Source: Moniliella sp. 'wahieum'
Taxonomy: Eukaryota
Direction: 5' to 3'
Assembly (NCBI GenBank): GCA_003971905.1
Contig: RSEE01000059.1
Coordinates: 372,001 to 421,103, forward strand
Length of the DNA: 49,103 nt
The translations under genes and the position numbers were made by a program. The notes under the pieces are model-generated. The model searched no databases. It was given only the letters and a program-made list of their open reading frames with translations, and was not told where the DNA came from. Positions 24,293 through 36,382 of this stretch are shown here, piece after piece (position 1 is the stretch's first letter; each line of letters begins with the position of its first letter).

Positions 24293-26688
24293 ATGCTGCT
24301 CCCCGGCGCTGTGCGCATGCCGCCGCCGGCCCTGGGCAGCCCGCGTGCGCATCCACATGCGCATGCACTCCTGCCGGCCCGCCCCCACCCGCCTTGCGCC
24401 CCACTTCGTCCGCTCCATCAGCGACTCGTCTCTCACCCCGGCGGTGGCCGTCGCGGATGGCGCGGTGCCCTGCAACGCCCCCCCTGCCCCACCGTCTTCC
24501 TCCCCGCCCTTGAACTCTTCCTCGTCCTCCGCCTCTCAGCCGCCCTCTCCCGATCCGCCGCCAGAGCTCGGCGCGCTCGACAGTCGGTCATGGAAAAATT
24601 ACATCGACAAGGTGACCGCGTCCTTGTCGCAGCAGAGACACAGCCGTCCGGCCGCCGCTGCGTGTACATCGGTGTACGCTCAGCTTTACACCGTCTCGGG
24701 ACGACCAGTCAACTCGAAACCAGTTCGGCTCCTGAGGAGCTTCCGCCCCCTCCCCCCCCCCGTGGCCCCTGTAAAGCCTAAGAGCAAGCGCAAGAGCGCC
24801 AAGGCCAAAGCCCATGCCGAGGCCATGGCTCGGGACCAGAAGAAGGCCAGGGAGAGGGCCCTGGCTCGCGCAAAGGCCCATGCCGAGGCACGGGCTGAAG
24901 CTCATGCTAAGGCCCGGGCCCGGAAACAAGACCCAGCCACTGCCCAGGCCCGTGCCCGGGGCCTGGTTCGTTCCCTGGCTCGGACCCAGGCTGCGGCCAG
25001 GGCTCGAGCCTTGGCCGTGGTCCTGGCCCGGGCCCAGGCTCAGGCCCAGGCCGAGGCCAATGCGGCGCAGTCCGAGGCTTTGGCCGACGCCGCCTTGCAG
25101 GAAATTGACATGGACAAGGAAAATGGATTGATCATCCACTCGGCCGAGGCCACGAGACGGATGATCCAGTCTCGACAGGACAACGTGCGGAATCGGCCCC
25201 GCATGGGTGCAGTCCGCGTTGGCAAGCAGATGGGATTCTGCTGGGACACGAATTATCAGAACGGTGCTCGAGCAGGTGCCTTGGGAGAAGCCAAGTCATT
25301 TCCCACTACCGAAGAGGGGTTACAGCAGGCCCTCACCTGGCTCTCCATGCCCCCATCGACCCTGGGGCATTCTTTTGCACGGCGCCATGTTTACTATGCC
25401 GTACGAGGGCCCAATGTGTGCGGGGTCTATCGGAATGGTGACGAGGCAGTGCAAATGCATCTTCAGAGAGGCGCAGAACTGCGTCGGTTCAAATCCTATC
25501 AAGAGGCCGTGTGGTGGTTGGAAGACGCGCCCGAAGCACCGGCATGGTGGAACATCAGTCCCAAGATGGATGGAGCAATACAATTTTCACCCTCGGACAG
25601 AAACACTTGTCATTACAAAAGTCTGTCGACCCGCCCATTCCGGGCCAATCGCCAGCGCAGAGGGGGCCTACCTCGCCAAGAAACACGGAGAAATCGTCAA
25701 TGTTCAGGGAGGATGTGCGGGATGGCTTGGTGCTGGCGCTGTACGAACCCGAGGGGGTGACCGACGGCAAAGTCAATGTCTGGTGCGATGGGTCTGGTTT
25801 GTCTATTGCCCATAACGTACGCGAAGCCGGATGGGGGCTGTACTTCCCTTCCTCATCGGATTTGCCACCTTGTCCGAGGCAGAGGGGATCCCACGCCGTC
25901 TGACACCAAGCTCGTATCCCATGGCGGAGATGGTGCCAATTGGACGAGCATGTCAACTTACCCCACCCGATGTCCCCCTTCGCATCCACACCGACAGCCT
26001 CGCTTCCCTCGTGGCCCTATGGGAGGTGGAGGAACTGTTGCAAAAGGGGAAGATTGGGCCCAGATCTTCAAGTTCGCCGAAAGTTTTTCCAGTCCGGCGC
26101 TGTTATGGACGCTGCGGATGATTCAACCCCGTTCCGAGTTCCCGGAGATGGTGTTCGTTCGCGGCCATTGCGTGAGCATCGGCAACACTATCGCCGACGG
26201 GTTGGCCGGCCTCGGTTCACGCAAGGCCGGCGCCCTCCTGCGTTCGCAAGAACCGGCGCCAGCACCGCGCTTTCCAAGGTGGATGGCCCACCAACGGAAA
26301 ATGTGTGTGCAGATACGAAAGACCAGCATGGTGCACCAACAGCGGATGCACCTGCGGAAACGAAAGACCAATGGGGTGACATCTTTGCCGCGTGAACCGA
26401 ACCCCACCCGACACGAAGATGCTGATCGACATGGTACATACATCCGAGATTATGAAACAGCAGTTTGATCTTCGTATTCAAAGGAAACGGAATTTGAGTG
26501 CGAGACGAAAAGAAATGCGAAATCAACTTCGACGTCTCGCCAAGGCTCACTCTGCCGAGTCCCAGTCTCAGTCTCCGCCCCAGTCTGCCCCGCCACCGCA
26601 AGACAACGTTGCTGCTACCCCCTCCCTCCCCCGCCCCAACTACTCCACCCAAGGTTGCCCCACCCCAGGCTGCCCTGCCCCAGGCTGA
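24293..26688 (+). CDS. RNH1: Divergent ribonuclease H1 with two N-terminal hybrid-binding (Cauli_VI-like) domains; frameshifted in assembly
   Basis: HBD-like segments GAVRVGKQMGF...AKSFPTTEEG and YYAVRGPNVCGVY...RRFKSYQEAVWWL. RNase H core VWCDGS, AGWGLYF, AEM, LRIHTDS, VFVRGH...GNTIADGLA, so DEDD plus His and Asn are present. Start uncertain (24293 or 24358). Confidence 0.8.
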
Positions 26689-27153
26689 CCCGCCGCCACA
26701 AGCCGAAGTTGCGGCCCCTTGATTGCGTCACTAGTATGGAGCTCTACGCCCCATCGTTGGTGGACGGTGAGACCGGCCCGGGTGGAAACTGTCTTACTGT
26801 TCGGACCCAAGAAGGGTTATCGGCAGCGACCTGCATTCAAAGGCTGTGGCCTAGGAGATACCTAGTCTCTAAAAGACACACACCAATCAACAGCGAATGA
26901 TACTAATCAAGTAACTATTGCTATGTGGACGAGAGAGGTAAGGGAGGTGAAGGAGAGGTGGCGACGAATAAGAGGAGGACGTATAAACAGCGCGACGGAC
27001 AGGGGATACACCCTGGTGGCCTGCTGGCCCACGCGGCAACTCTAATAATAGGGTCTAGCTTTCCGTCATATCTACCAGTCAGGCCAGGGGCCACAGTAGG
27101 TGACGTGACAACACTGGACCACAGAAGCGAGGGAAGATGGGGCGGGATGTTGG

Positions 27154-27909
27154 CAGGAAACGTGGGATGGAGGAAAGGGAGCAGATGGATTGGATACATC
27201 TATGGGCAGACTTGTGGTATATGTACCTCTCAGAACTTGAAGGAAGGGGGCACAGTCGAGAGGTGGACATAGGATCCCCCAACTGATGAAAAACACATTA
27301 TGGGGCCCATATGGCCTAAGTAGTAGGCAAGAGCCCCATAGCATGGCGTGCGTCTGACAGATATGATCAAATGGGCCGCAGTGCTGCTCCAAAGTAGTAT
27401 ATAAGACGCTCTCATCGCTCCCTTTTTCTTCTCTATTATTTCGTCTTTCGTCGTTTGTAGTGCCTTCGCACCGATTTTTTTTTCCCTGACAATCACGACC
27501 GCTTCCTCTCGTGGTATAGATTGTACCAGTCGAGAGCATGGATTACCAGAGCAGGGGTCACCGGAGTTACTGGCATGGGGAGGGTCCTATAAGTGAACGC
27601 GAGCTCCTGCCCATTCTTGCCATATGGATAGTTGAGCTGATCTGGCTCCGATTTCGAATTTCTTTTTATTTCGGCAGTTCCCGCTCTTCTCTCCCTAGCT
27701 GTTCGTCCAGCTGCTTTGTCAGACTCACGCCGTGCTAGGGGCCCTTGGCCCACTAGGCCCGTATGGCACTATGGCGTGATTCTTATCAGTTGGGAGATCC
27801 TGTGTCCACCTCTCGACTGTGCCCCCTTCCTGAGGAGGTACATATACCTCCTGTGCGTCCATAGATGTATGCAATCCATCTGCTTCCCTTCCCCCATCTC
27901 CGTCTCCTG
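27154..27909. repeat. Imperfect inverted repeat: ~200 bp arms (27154-27359 / 27717-27909), ~355 bp spacer
   Basis: The 29-nt core AGGAAGGGGGCACAGTCGAGAGGTGGACA at 27241-27269 is the exact reverse complement of 27803-27831. The flanks align with mismatches and indels. Confidence 0.9.
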
Positions 27910-30900
27910 ACATGCTTCTCTGCATATCAACTCCTCTTTCTTCTTCCCCACTGTGCGAGCAAGTGATGCTGCTACGTTTCCAACCCTTGTCTCAACTCTG
28001 GTATCTTCCATTTTGCCTTAGTAAGCACCTGAAGCCTCGACTGTGACAGTTCTGACTCACTCACCCTATAACTACTATACCCACTCAACGTTTTTTGGTT
28101 GAAGGGCCTCTTCTTCCTATTCGAATATAGTTTTGTCATCATGGCACTATCGTCGGCTAAATAGACTCGCATTTCACGATTCGCTATGCTCCACAACACC
28201 GCAGTTTTCCCAACAGGATGTACACCGGGGGTCATGCCATTGATGGGTCAACTATCATATGTATGTTGACATCGTCTATATTGCGCCTATATAACGGAAA
28301 AAGGGGATGAACTCGCCTTGATACCCTTCACCAGCTCCACCTTCCGTTCTCGTGCACAGGCATGGTCACTGCATGTTGTGTACCATTGCCCCCACCGTTT
28401 TAGGAGATCGATGAAACACAACCGTGGTGATGGTACTGAAACTCCCCTTTCACCCATACAATGAGGCCTGCGAACCACAACACAATCTGGTTAAGCTACA
28501 GTCGATCAGCATAGGCGCGTTTACAATGGGAGAGAGGCACTCGAATTCAAAAACTATAACATTTCCTGAGATTCATTCAAGCGTCGCGTCGACGGACAAT
28601 TGCTCTACCTGTAGCATTCCAATCCGATGTTTTTGGCAGAAGAGGTGCACAACAACCGATCATCTGACTCTAACTGCCTCTACTCATTGGAGGGTTTGTT
28701 GCATCTGCAGAGCATGACGGTGACAACGACGTGCACATCACGCATTTTCGCCTGGAGGGCGTCGCACCCCCGAGGACAATTTGATCGTCTCGCGTGATAA
28801 TATGTTCCCGGGGGGAAAACCAACCCCACGACCTCGATTTCATCTTCTATACAAGCATCTGTTGTCCAGACTTGGAAAGATGAACATTTTTGGGGGAGAA
28901 GAGTGCAGAGGCGAGAACGACAAAAAGGGTTCGGACTCGCCTGGTCTCGTCGTCACTGGGAATGCCAAGAGAGTCTCTTTGCTGTGTGCACCAAAAGTCT
29001 GACGACCCCCTGGGTTTTCACTGGACATAGCCTAGTATCCCGTCCAGCAAGCACACCCTCCATGCGCCCTTGTATGTTAGGGATGTTTGTTCGGATGACG
29101 CTGTCCCGGTTGTGGAACGGGTCGGCACCCCACCCTGAGCGATGGTCGACCTTTTCTTCCCTCACAAGCCTAAGGTTGTGGATACGAGATACGCTGTGGA
29201 CCCAGCGGGGCACGTCGAGGTTGTGCCCGAGGTCTCTGATTTCCTGGCGAAACACGACATCACAGAACGCGGTAACTACAAATCAATCTTCTGCAATGGA
29301 AGCATGCCCGTTCGGCCTCCGATGTACGCGTTTTCGCACTTGTTTTTTCCCTTTCCCCGTTTTTTCCCAATCCGCGCTGACACGCTCACGGTATGCTGTG
29401 ATTGAGCTTGGCGATGAATGCGAGCGGAGCTATAAAAACAAGGGCTTGAGCAGTAGTAACGCGTCTGAACCGGGAACTGTATTGATTGGCCAATATATGT
29501 GACGAATACGCTAATGAATCGTGGGGGAACCTATGATACATTGGATATATTAACTGAATGGGAAACAATACAGTAGAGGGAAATGGATGTGGGAAAAAAA
29601 GACAAGAAAATGGGGAGCACGACAGTCAGTAGTAGGGAGAGACCGTTCCCCAGCGGGGAACAAGCAAATAAACGTGCTAGTTGTTGACGAAATGCGGGGG
29701 AGTATACAACAGGCAAGAAGCTGCGACTGTCGCTACCGATATAGAGGATACCTATAGGATAAGGGAGAAGAAGGAGAAGAGGGCTCTTAGGTACAGATGG
29801 ACTTTCTTTCCCCATCTTTGCCCGTGACATAAGGCTCTTCTCACGGGTGTGTACACGGCGTGTCTTCCCGTCTAAGGAAACCGCTGTCCTCTTCCATGCC
29901 ACAACGCGGGGAAGGATGGGTGCACGCTTCTCTGTGCAGGAATGCCCGCTTCTCCGCGCGCATCTCTCCATTCTGTGAGAACACCATCGAGAGGGTGTTA
30001 TACATGTCCTTTTTCTCCTTGGGCGGCAGGGCATATATTAGCGTCTGTACCCTGCTTGTACCAATCAAGATCAGAATGGGGACGGGTTTCTTGGTACACG
30101 CCCTTCCATCATTCGGCCGTTTCGCATGTCATCTAAGACGGTTCTTGTTTGTACACCCCTTCTTTTTTCGGGCGTGGGGTGTTCGATGAGTCTAACCATT
30201 CTTGAGAACAGCCTAGAGAGCAATAGGGGAACGGACAGGATCTGGATGCTTGTTGACACGTCCGCCATTTCGGGCCTCTTCTGCAAACGGGAAGGGAGTA
30301 CGAGCTCGGCTGGTCAACAACCAACATTCGCTGGCACTGCTATGACGCTGGTCTTCATTGTGGAAAGCGATTTTTTGCTCGGCTGGCTGTATATTGTGTG
30401 GTTATGGTATAGCATTCATTGCAGCGGGGGGCGAAGCGTTCCTTGCATCAGTCGCCTGCACCCGCTGTTCCGTCACCTGTGCAGCATCATCTTATGATCG
30501 GCTATTACGCATCTGTCCTTTACCCTAGTTGCCCTCACACTTGCCTGGGGCGGTGGCATACGCACACACCACGGATCGAGAGGGGGGAGGGGTCCTCCGT
30601 GGGTGGCACATGTGTGTCTCACCTGCTGCGCACTTTTTGCTATTATATGGCACCGCCCTCAGGTTTCCCACCATTATCGATTGGGACATGAAAAGGTTGC
30701 GGTCACAACAAGAATGTACATACCAATGACACACGTACTATGAGAGAGTAACAAAGAAGCGTTAATGGGTGGGGCCGGTAAAGACACTGCGTCTCTTTCT
30801 GTTTCCTGATAGCCTCAGAACAAAAACAATGAAAGGGGTGAGGGTGTTAGAGATGCCATGGGGGTCCACAACTATACGGGCACCCACTAATTGTCTTTCT

Positions 30901-31438
30901 GAAGGGGATTAGTTGCCTTTGTGCCCTTGCTCATCCTCCGTTCTCACTCCGTCCAACTACGAAGGACGATACTATGAACACATCCGTCCATTTTTGGCAA
31001 CTATATACTACTAATTAGAGGAGACAGCACTGGAGAGGAGGAGCGGACCCTTGCCCACCGCTATTGACGTACACCGCTGCCTAAGGGGCCTGGCTGGTAA
31101 ATTATCCTTACTATCTACTTCTGGTACGCTTATGCGAGTGAGAATTGGCGGTCAGTCTGCCGGATCTGACGGTGCCAGGAAATTAGGAATACCTGCGGTT
31201 TAGCTACGGTCATTATTCAATGAGGTCTTCGGTTGTCAGACGCAGGGAAGCACGGGTACCGGCCGGATTTGCACGTTTCAAATATTCAGCTCAGAGACAC
31301 TGGCTCACTCCCAAGCCTGTTCTTTGCACCGCCCCATGCCCTGTAGGGTTTGCCGCAGCACAACTATTAGGGTTGTCTGTTTCTTATCGTTTCGTGTGGC
31401 GTCTGCTGGGCGCCTGCATCTCCACCAACCAGTTGAAG

Positions 31439-31851
31439 ATGTACGTGCCCCGCTCCCCTCCCGCTCCTCTCCACACTGGCTACGTTAAGGCCCCCTGCTC
31501 TCGGGTACGCTGCGGGCGGCTGCTCCGTTGGCCAGGTGGAAGGATGAGGGAAATGCCAGGGACGTGGCCATGAGAGTTTGAGGCTGACTGCTTGGCGACT
31601 ACAGGGCAAGGTTCACGGTTCTCTCGCGCGTGCCGGCAAGGTGAAGGGTCAGACGCCCAAGGTCGAGCCTCAGGAGAAGAAGAGAGCCCAAGGGACGTGC
31701 GAAAAGCGCCTGTGTACACTCGCGTATGTCCTCCCTCTCTGTTTGAAGAACGTTGCCCCCTTTGACGGGCGTGTGCTGACATATCTACGTCAGCTTTGTC
31801 AACGCCACTCTGGCTCCTAACGGCAAGCGCCGCATGAACCCCAACACCTAA
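31439..31851 (+). CDS. RPS30: 40S ribosomal protein S30 (eS30)
   Basis: ATG, then intron ~31441-31604; [26 protein letters not shown]; intron 31724-31793; [18 protein letters not shown]. Several single-base deletions. Confidence 0.96.
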
Positions 31852-32613
31852 ACACGCAAATCCCACTCGGTTATGGTCTGGACGTTGTTCGTATCTGGCG
31901 CCCAGATCCACAACGACTCCTCCAGACTGCAGACTCTCAGCCCCTCGCCCCCCGGAGAGCCCCTCTCAGGCTGTTCTTCCCGTGCACCCTTCTCCCCTGT
32001 TCCGGGCTGAAATGCACGGTGACCGATTGTTATCTCGCATTATCGCGTTATCGTCGGTCTTGATTCGGGGCTAGACAAGGGTTGGTGAGAGAGTGGGCTG
32101 CGTTGACTCCCTCCCCCGTTGGCGCGGTAGCATACGCCTTGCAACACCGATTGATGCAAGATAGCTTTCTCAGTTGGAATAACCCATTGGTCAAGCTTCG
32201 CTGATTAGCTGCGCCCTTTTTGCATTGTTAGGTAGAGCTAGTATATAGTCGGACAGGAGTAATGGCCCTTGGTCCGCTAAGAAGGTCAAACAGCAGGAGG
32301 AGTGCAGTCGATACCGAGTATTCGCACTATGCATCACTCATCACTCGCTTCGGCAGGGAAGGGAATGTGCGTACTCCCTATTTGTTGAACGTTGAGCTCA
32401 GGCTCAGTCATCTGATGTCAAACGCCTCTGCCTCGAATCTAGGCCATTCGCACCACAGCTATGTCTCGTTTATCGACTGTCTCGTTTATCGATAGTCTCA
32501 CACACTCGGGAATCGGAATATCGGCATGCATGCGAACAAGAACGAATTAAGCGATGTGTGCCTAGTGAGGGAACCAAGAGGGGAGGAGGGGAAGTGGATG
32601 ACAGGGCAGATAC

Positions 32614-33769
32614 TTATGCGACTGTTGGGACGTACTTGGCATAGACCTGATGCACCTTCTCACGCAGCTCATTCTTGCGCTCTTCGGAGCACCACGAGCC
32701 CTCGATGCCGTTGAGGGCGATGGCACGCCATTGGTCGTACGTGAAGCCAAAGCGAGTGTGAACGATAAGATAGTTGTCGAGGATGTAGCCACCAAAGTAG
32801 GCGGGGTCGTCCGAATTGATGGAGAAGGCCACGTCTTTGGACACGAACAAGTCGATCGGAAGCTCCGCCACATCCTGCACGACCCGCAACTTCACGTTGG
32901 AAAGGGGGCAAAGCGAGAGGAGCGTCTTCTCCTTGGCAAGACGCGCATAAGCGCTTCGTCCTGCTTGCTGTTGACACCATGGTCAATCCGCATCACGCTC
33001 AGGTCATCCAGCGCCGAGGTCACGTAGGTGTGGTCGCCTTCCTCGCCAGCATGCGCGGTGAGGAAGACAGTAGGGTGGCGCTCGCGCACCGCCTCGTAGC
33101 ATGCCACAAAGAGCTGCGGGGGGAATGGCTTTTCGGATGAGTCCAGTCCTAGACCGTGAATCACACCCTCCTCGTACCACCGCCCAGCAGCGTCGATGGT
33201 TTGCAAGCCATGCTCGGCGGGCAGGTGCCGGAGGATGCAGAGGATGAGGCGGGTGCTCATGCCATACTGAGTCGCCGCATCGCGACAGGCAGCATCAAAC
33301 CCGCGGACGACTGTGTCAAGGTGAACGCCGCGCTCGGTGTGCGCTTGCGGATCAAAGAAGACCTCGGCGTGGTGGCAACCGTCGGCCGAAGCACGCGCAA
33401 AATAGGCCATTGCCAGCTCGTAAAAGTCGGCCTCTTGGAGAAGGACCGACATGCTAGCATAGTATGCCAGAAAGTCGTCCCTGGAGAACGAGCAATGTTA
33501 GGGGGTGTGTACGACAGAGAAATAGAAGGGGGTGGAAGCTAAAAACGGGAAAGAGGAAACGATACGTACAGGTCAGCAAACTGATCGTACCTTTCCTTGC
33601 AGGCTGCGACCGTCTTGGGGAAGTGGTCAGGAAGGACGACGTTGTTACGCTCGGCCAGCTTGAAGACGAGCTCGGGCTCAAGCGTGCCTTCGAGATGGAG
33701 GTGGTGCTCGCACTTGGGCAGCTCAGTGAGGAAGCTAAGCATGTTTGCGTCGCATACGTGCTTGGCCAT
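32614..33769 (-). CDS. AAH1: Adenine deaminase (adenosine/AMP deaminase family)
   Basis: LPKCEHHLHLEGTLEPEL; intron 33481-33569; HAEVFFDPQAHTERG, GLGLDSSE, TAHAGEEG, RIDHG, FSINSDDPAYFGGY. Confidence 0.95.
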
Positions 33770-35770
33770 GGTAGGAGAATGCGGAAGAGAGCAAGTGGGA
33801 ACAGGGGAGAGCAGGGAAATGTGGGTTCGGGGAGGAGGAAGTGGTGGAGGAGGAGGAAGTGAAGGTGGTGGAGGTGGAGGAGGAAGTGGTGGTGGTGGAA
33901 CAGGGGAAGCTGTCGGCGTATCGTTTTTTCTCCTATGGGTTCCTAGTTCAAGCCTCTTGGGCAGTTGGTCAGTGTGCGAGGCAAAGTAGTGAGGAGTGAG
34001 GGTCCAGGTCCGATGTCGGGCCGATATCGCATTTCAAACTACAATCAGAAAACGACATGAAAAAAATAATCGAGCCTCCACCGCTATCAGGCCGCGCGTG
34101 GTGTGGCGAGTTACTTACTAGAGGGGGGGAAGGCCGGGGAGGGGAGAGGAGAGGGGATTGTGAATTAAGTCCTGCCTACGAGCTCCCATATGCTTTCTCG
34201 CTTCTCTGGCTTCTATTATCCACACGTTTCGCAGCCACAGGCGCGATGGCGACTGGCTTTTTGATGTCTCTCTGTGGAAGCGACTGGTTGGTGTAGATTA
34301 CCACCCTCACACGACCAGAGTGTAAGCCGCGCTTGCAATGGAAGTACGCATTCTGTCAACCGGAGGCTTCGACTGTTGCAACAAGCCGAATCCGACAAGA
34401 ACGCCAAGCCCTGCAGACGCAAATGTGTCACGGGGCGACGATTAAGTCGCCCCGCACCACCCACCTCCACTCCCTTGTCGTCGCTCTCGCTTCTCGGCTT
34501 CTCTCCCTATCACTAGATCGCTACTCAAGTTCTCTATCGTTCGCTATCGTGACTCTCGGATCAGGGAAAACCCATAACAATCGTCTCTTTTCTGCTCGCG
34601 CTCTTCGTCTATTTTGACTAGGCTTCTCGTCTCGTTTCTCGTCACGGGTCCTCTTTTCCCTCTTGACCCTCACATCGTCTCCCACCGTGCCTTTCGGCTT
34701 GGTCCTCACTTCTTCCCCTTGACTCGTTTCCCCTTTTCGCTGGAGACCTGTTGGTCTTTCCTTTGTTTTCTCCTTCTCTTTGCATCCATATCAGTGCCAG
34801 AGCTTAAGGCTGGGACAGGGGAAACGCCACGTCTAAACCGAACCGTTCATCTTGCTGGGGTTACTTGGAAGCGCCACCAAGGTTAAGGACCAGGGGGAAA
34901 CTTGTCTGTTTCTTGATCTAATTGTGATGGCCCAAGTCGCCCACACACCTTCCTTTTCCCCTCAGCCTTTTTCTAGGCAAACTTCACTCCAGAAGAACCA
35001 CCTTTCGGATCAGCTCGCTTGCCCCCTCGCCCATCGGAGCTCACCGCTTTGTCCGGCCCCTAATAACGTATGACCTCCTTGCAGACGCTTCTGGTTCTGC
35101 CCGACGAACAGCAAAGCACACTACTCGCGACTCTCACCTGCGTGTCCACACCAGTGTTCCTCGGACTTTGGTTTTGAAATGCGCCAGTCCTCCGCGAGTC
35201 TTGGCTCCCTTGTGCAAGGAAGGTCTCCGCCACGCAGCGTTTCTTCATTCCTCAAGCTGTTAATAATGATATGAATACGGTATGGCCCAGTTGCTCCACA
35301 GACGGTAAAAACCGCAGCGCCGCACACTGATGTGCCCGCTTGCATAACATTGGAGTGGAGGTAGGGCCTGATAGCGCACGAGGTCTTGCATCAGACCCTC
35401 AAACATCAAAGCTTACCGGTTACTTCATATCTCAACCTCGCGTCTCTCGTATATCCGCTGTCGTCGACCGCCCGCAAATGAAAATGTCCTGCCAATATAT
35501 ACTTGACTGAGTACTATGATCCCTTCAAAAGATTGACGAGGTTGACGCGTGACGGTCACGAGCTTCCTGCCCACGCGAGTGAGACCGGGGTGGCGAGAAC
35601 GCAGAGCCTCTCCTCTTCGGTCTCGATCTCTTCTTCTTCAGGCCCTTGAGATTGAAGCTGACCAGGCCAACTGACCAAAAGAAGGTGCGGGGCAAAGCGC
35701 GGCAAGACCTTGTGTATAACACGCCCCGCACCGAGAGGGCACGCGGGCCCGGCTACTCCGGCTACTGGCG

Positions 35771-35808
35771 GTGACTAGTGACTAGTGACTAGTGACTAGT
35801 GACTAGTG
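35771..35808. repeat. Heptamer tandem repeat (GTGACTA) x 5
   Basis: gtgactagtgactagtgactagtgactagtgactagtg, directly visible. Confidence 0.9.
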
Positions 35809-36382
35809 GGTAGTGAAGCTAAGGTGGCAGCGCAGTCGCCGAGATCGAAGCCGGGGAGCGCGAATATGTCCGGTGAATTTATTTGTGTTTTGCATTTTGC
35901 TTCGGTTTCGGAAGGTGTGGCTGGTTGTGCTGGGTGGGCAGCCTTGGCCTAAACCTTGGGGCCGAGTGCCCCCACGCTGCAGCGGTCCTATTGGGCGACC
36001 AGACTGGGCTACAGTGCGCAAACCCCCGAACTTCTGGGGGGGGCAAGAGAAAAAAGAGTCGGATGGCGGACCGGCCCCGTGCCCCGTGCCCCGTGTCCTT
36101 GGGATCGGGGCATGCCGTCTTCCGGCCCCGTCGGATCCCAGAGCGCACCAGGCGCACTCTAGGCCCTCTGGCCGCCCATGGATGGCCCTAGGCCCTATGC
36201 CCTATGCCCGATGCGGCCAGTGCCGGCCCAGTGCACGGACCAGGCATGAAGCTGTGAAGTTAGAAGACGGCCTCGTTCTGTCGGATGATTTTTTTTACGA
36301 AAAAACTGCGAGTAGCTTTCGGCCGCACCACCCCTCTCGTCTCTCCTCCACCACATTCTTCGGCGCGCTTGCCTCGGACAGG

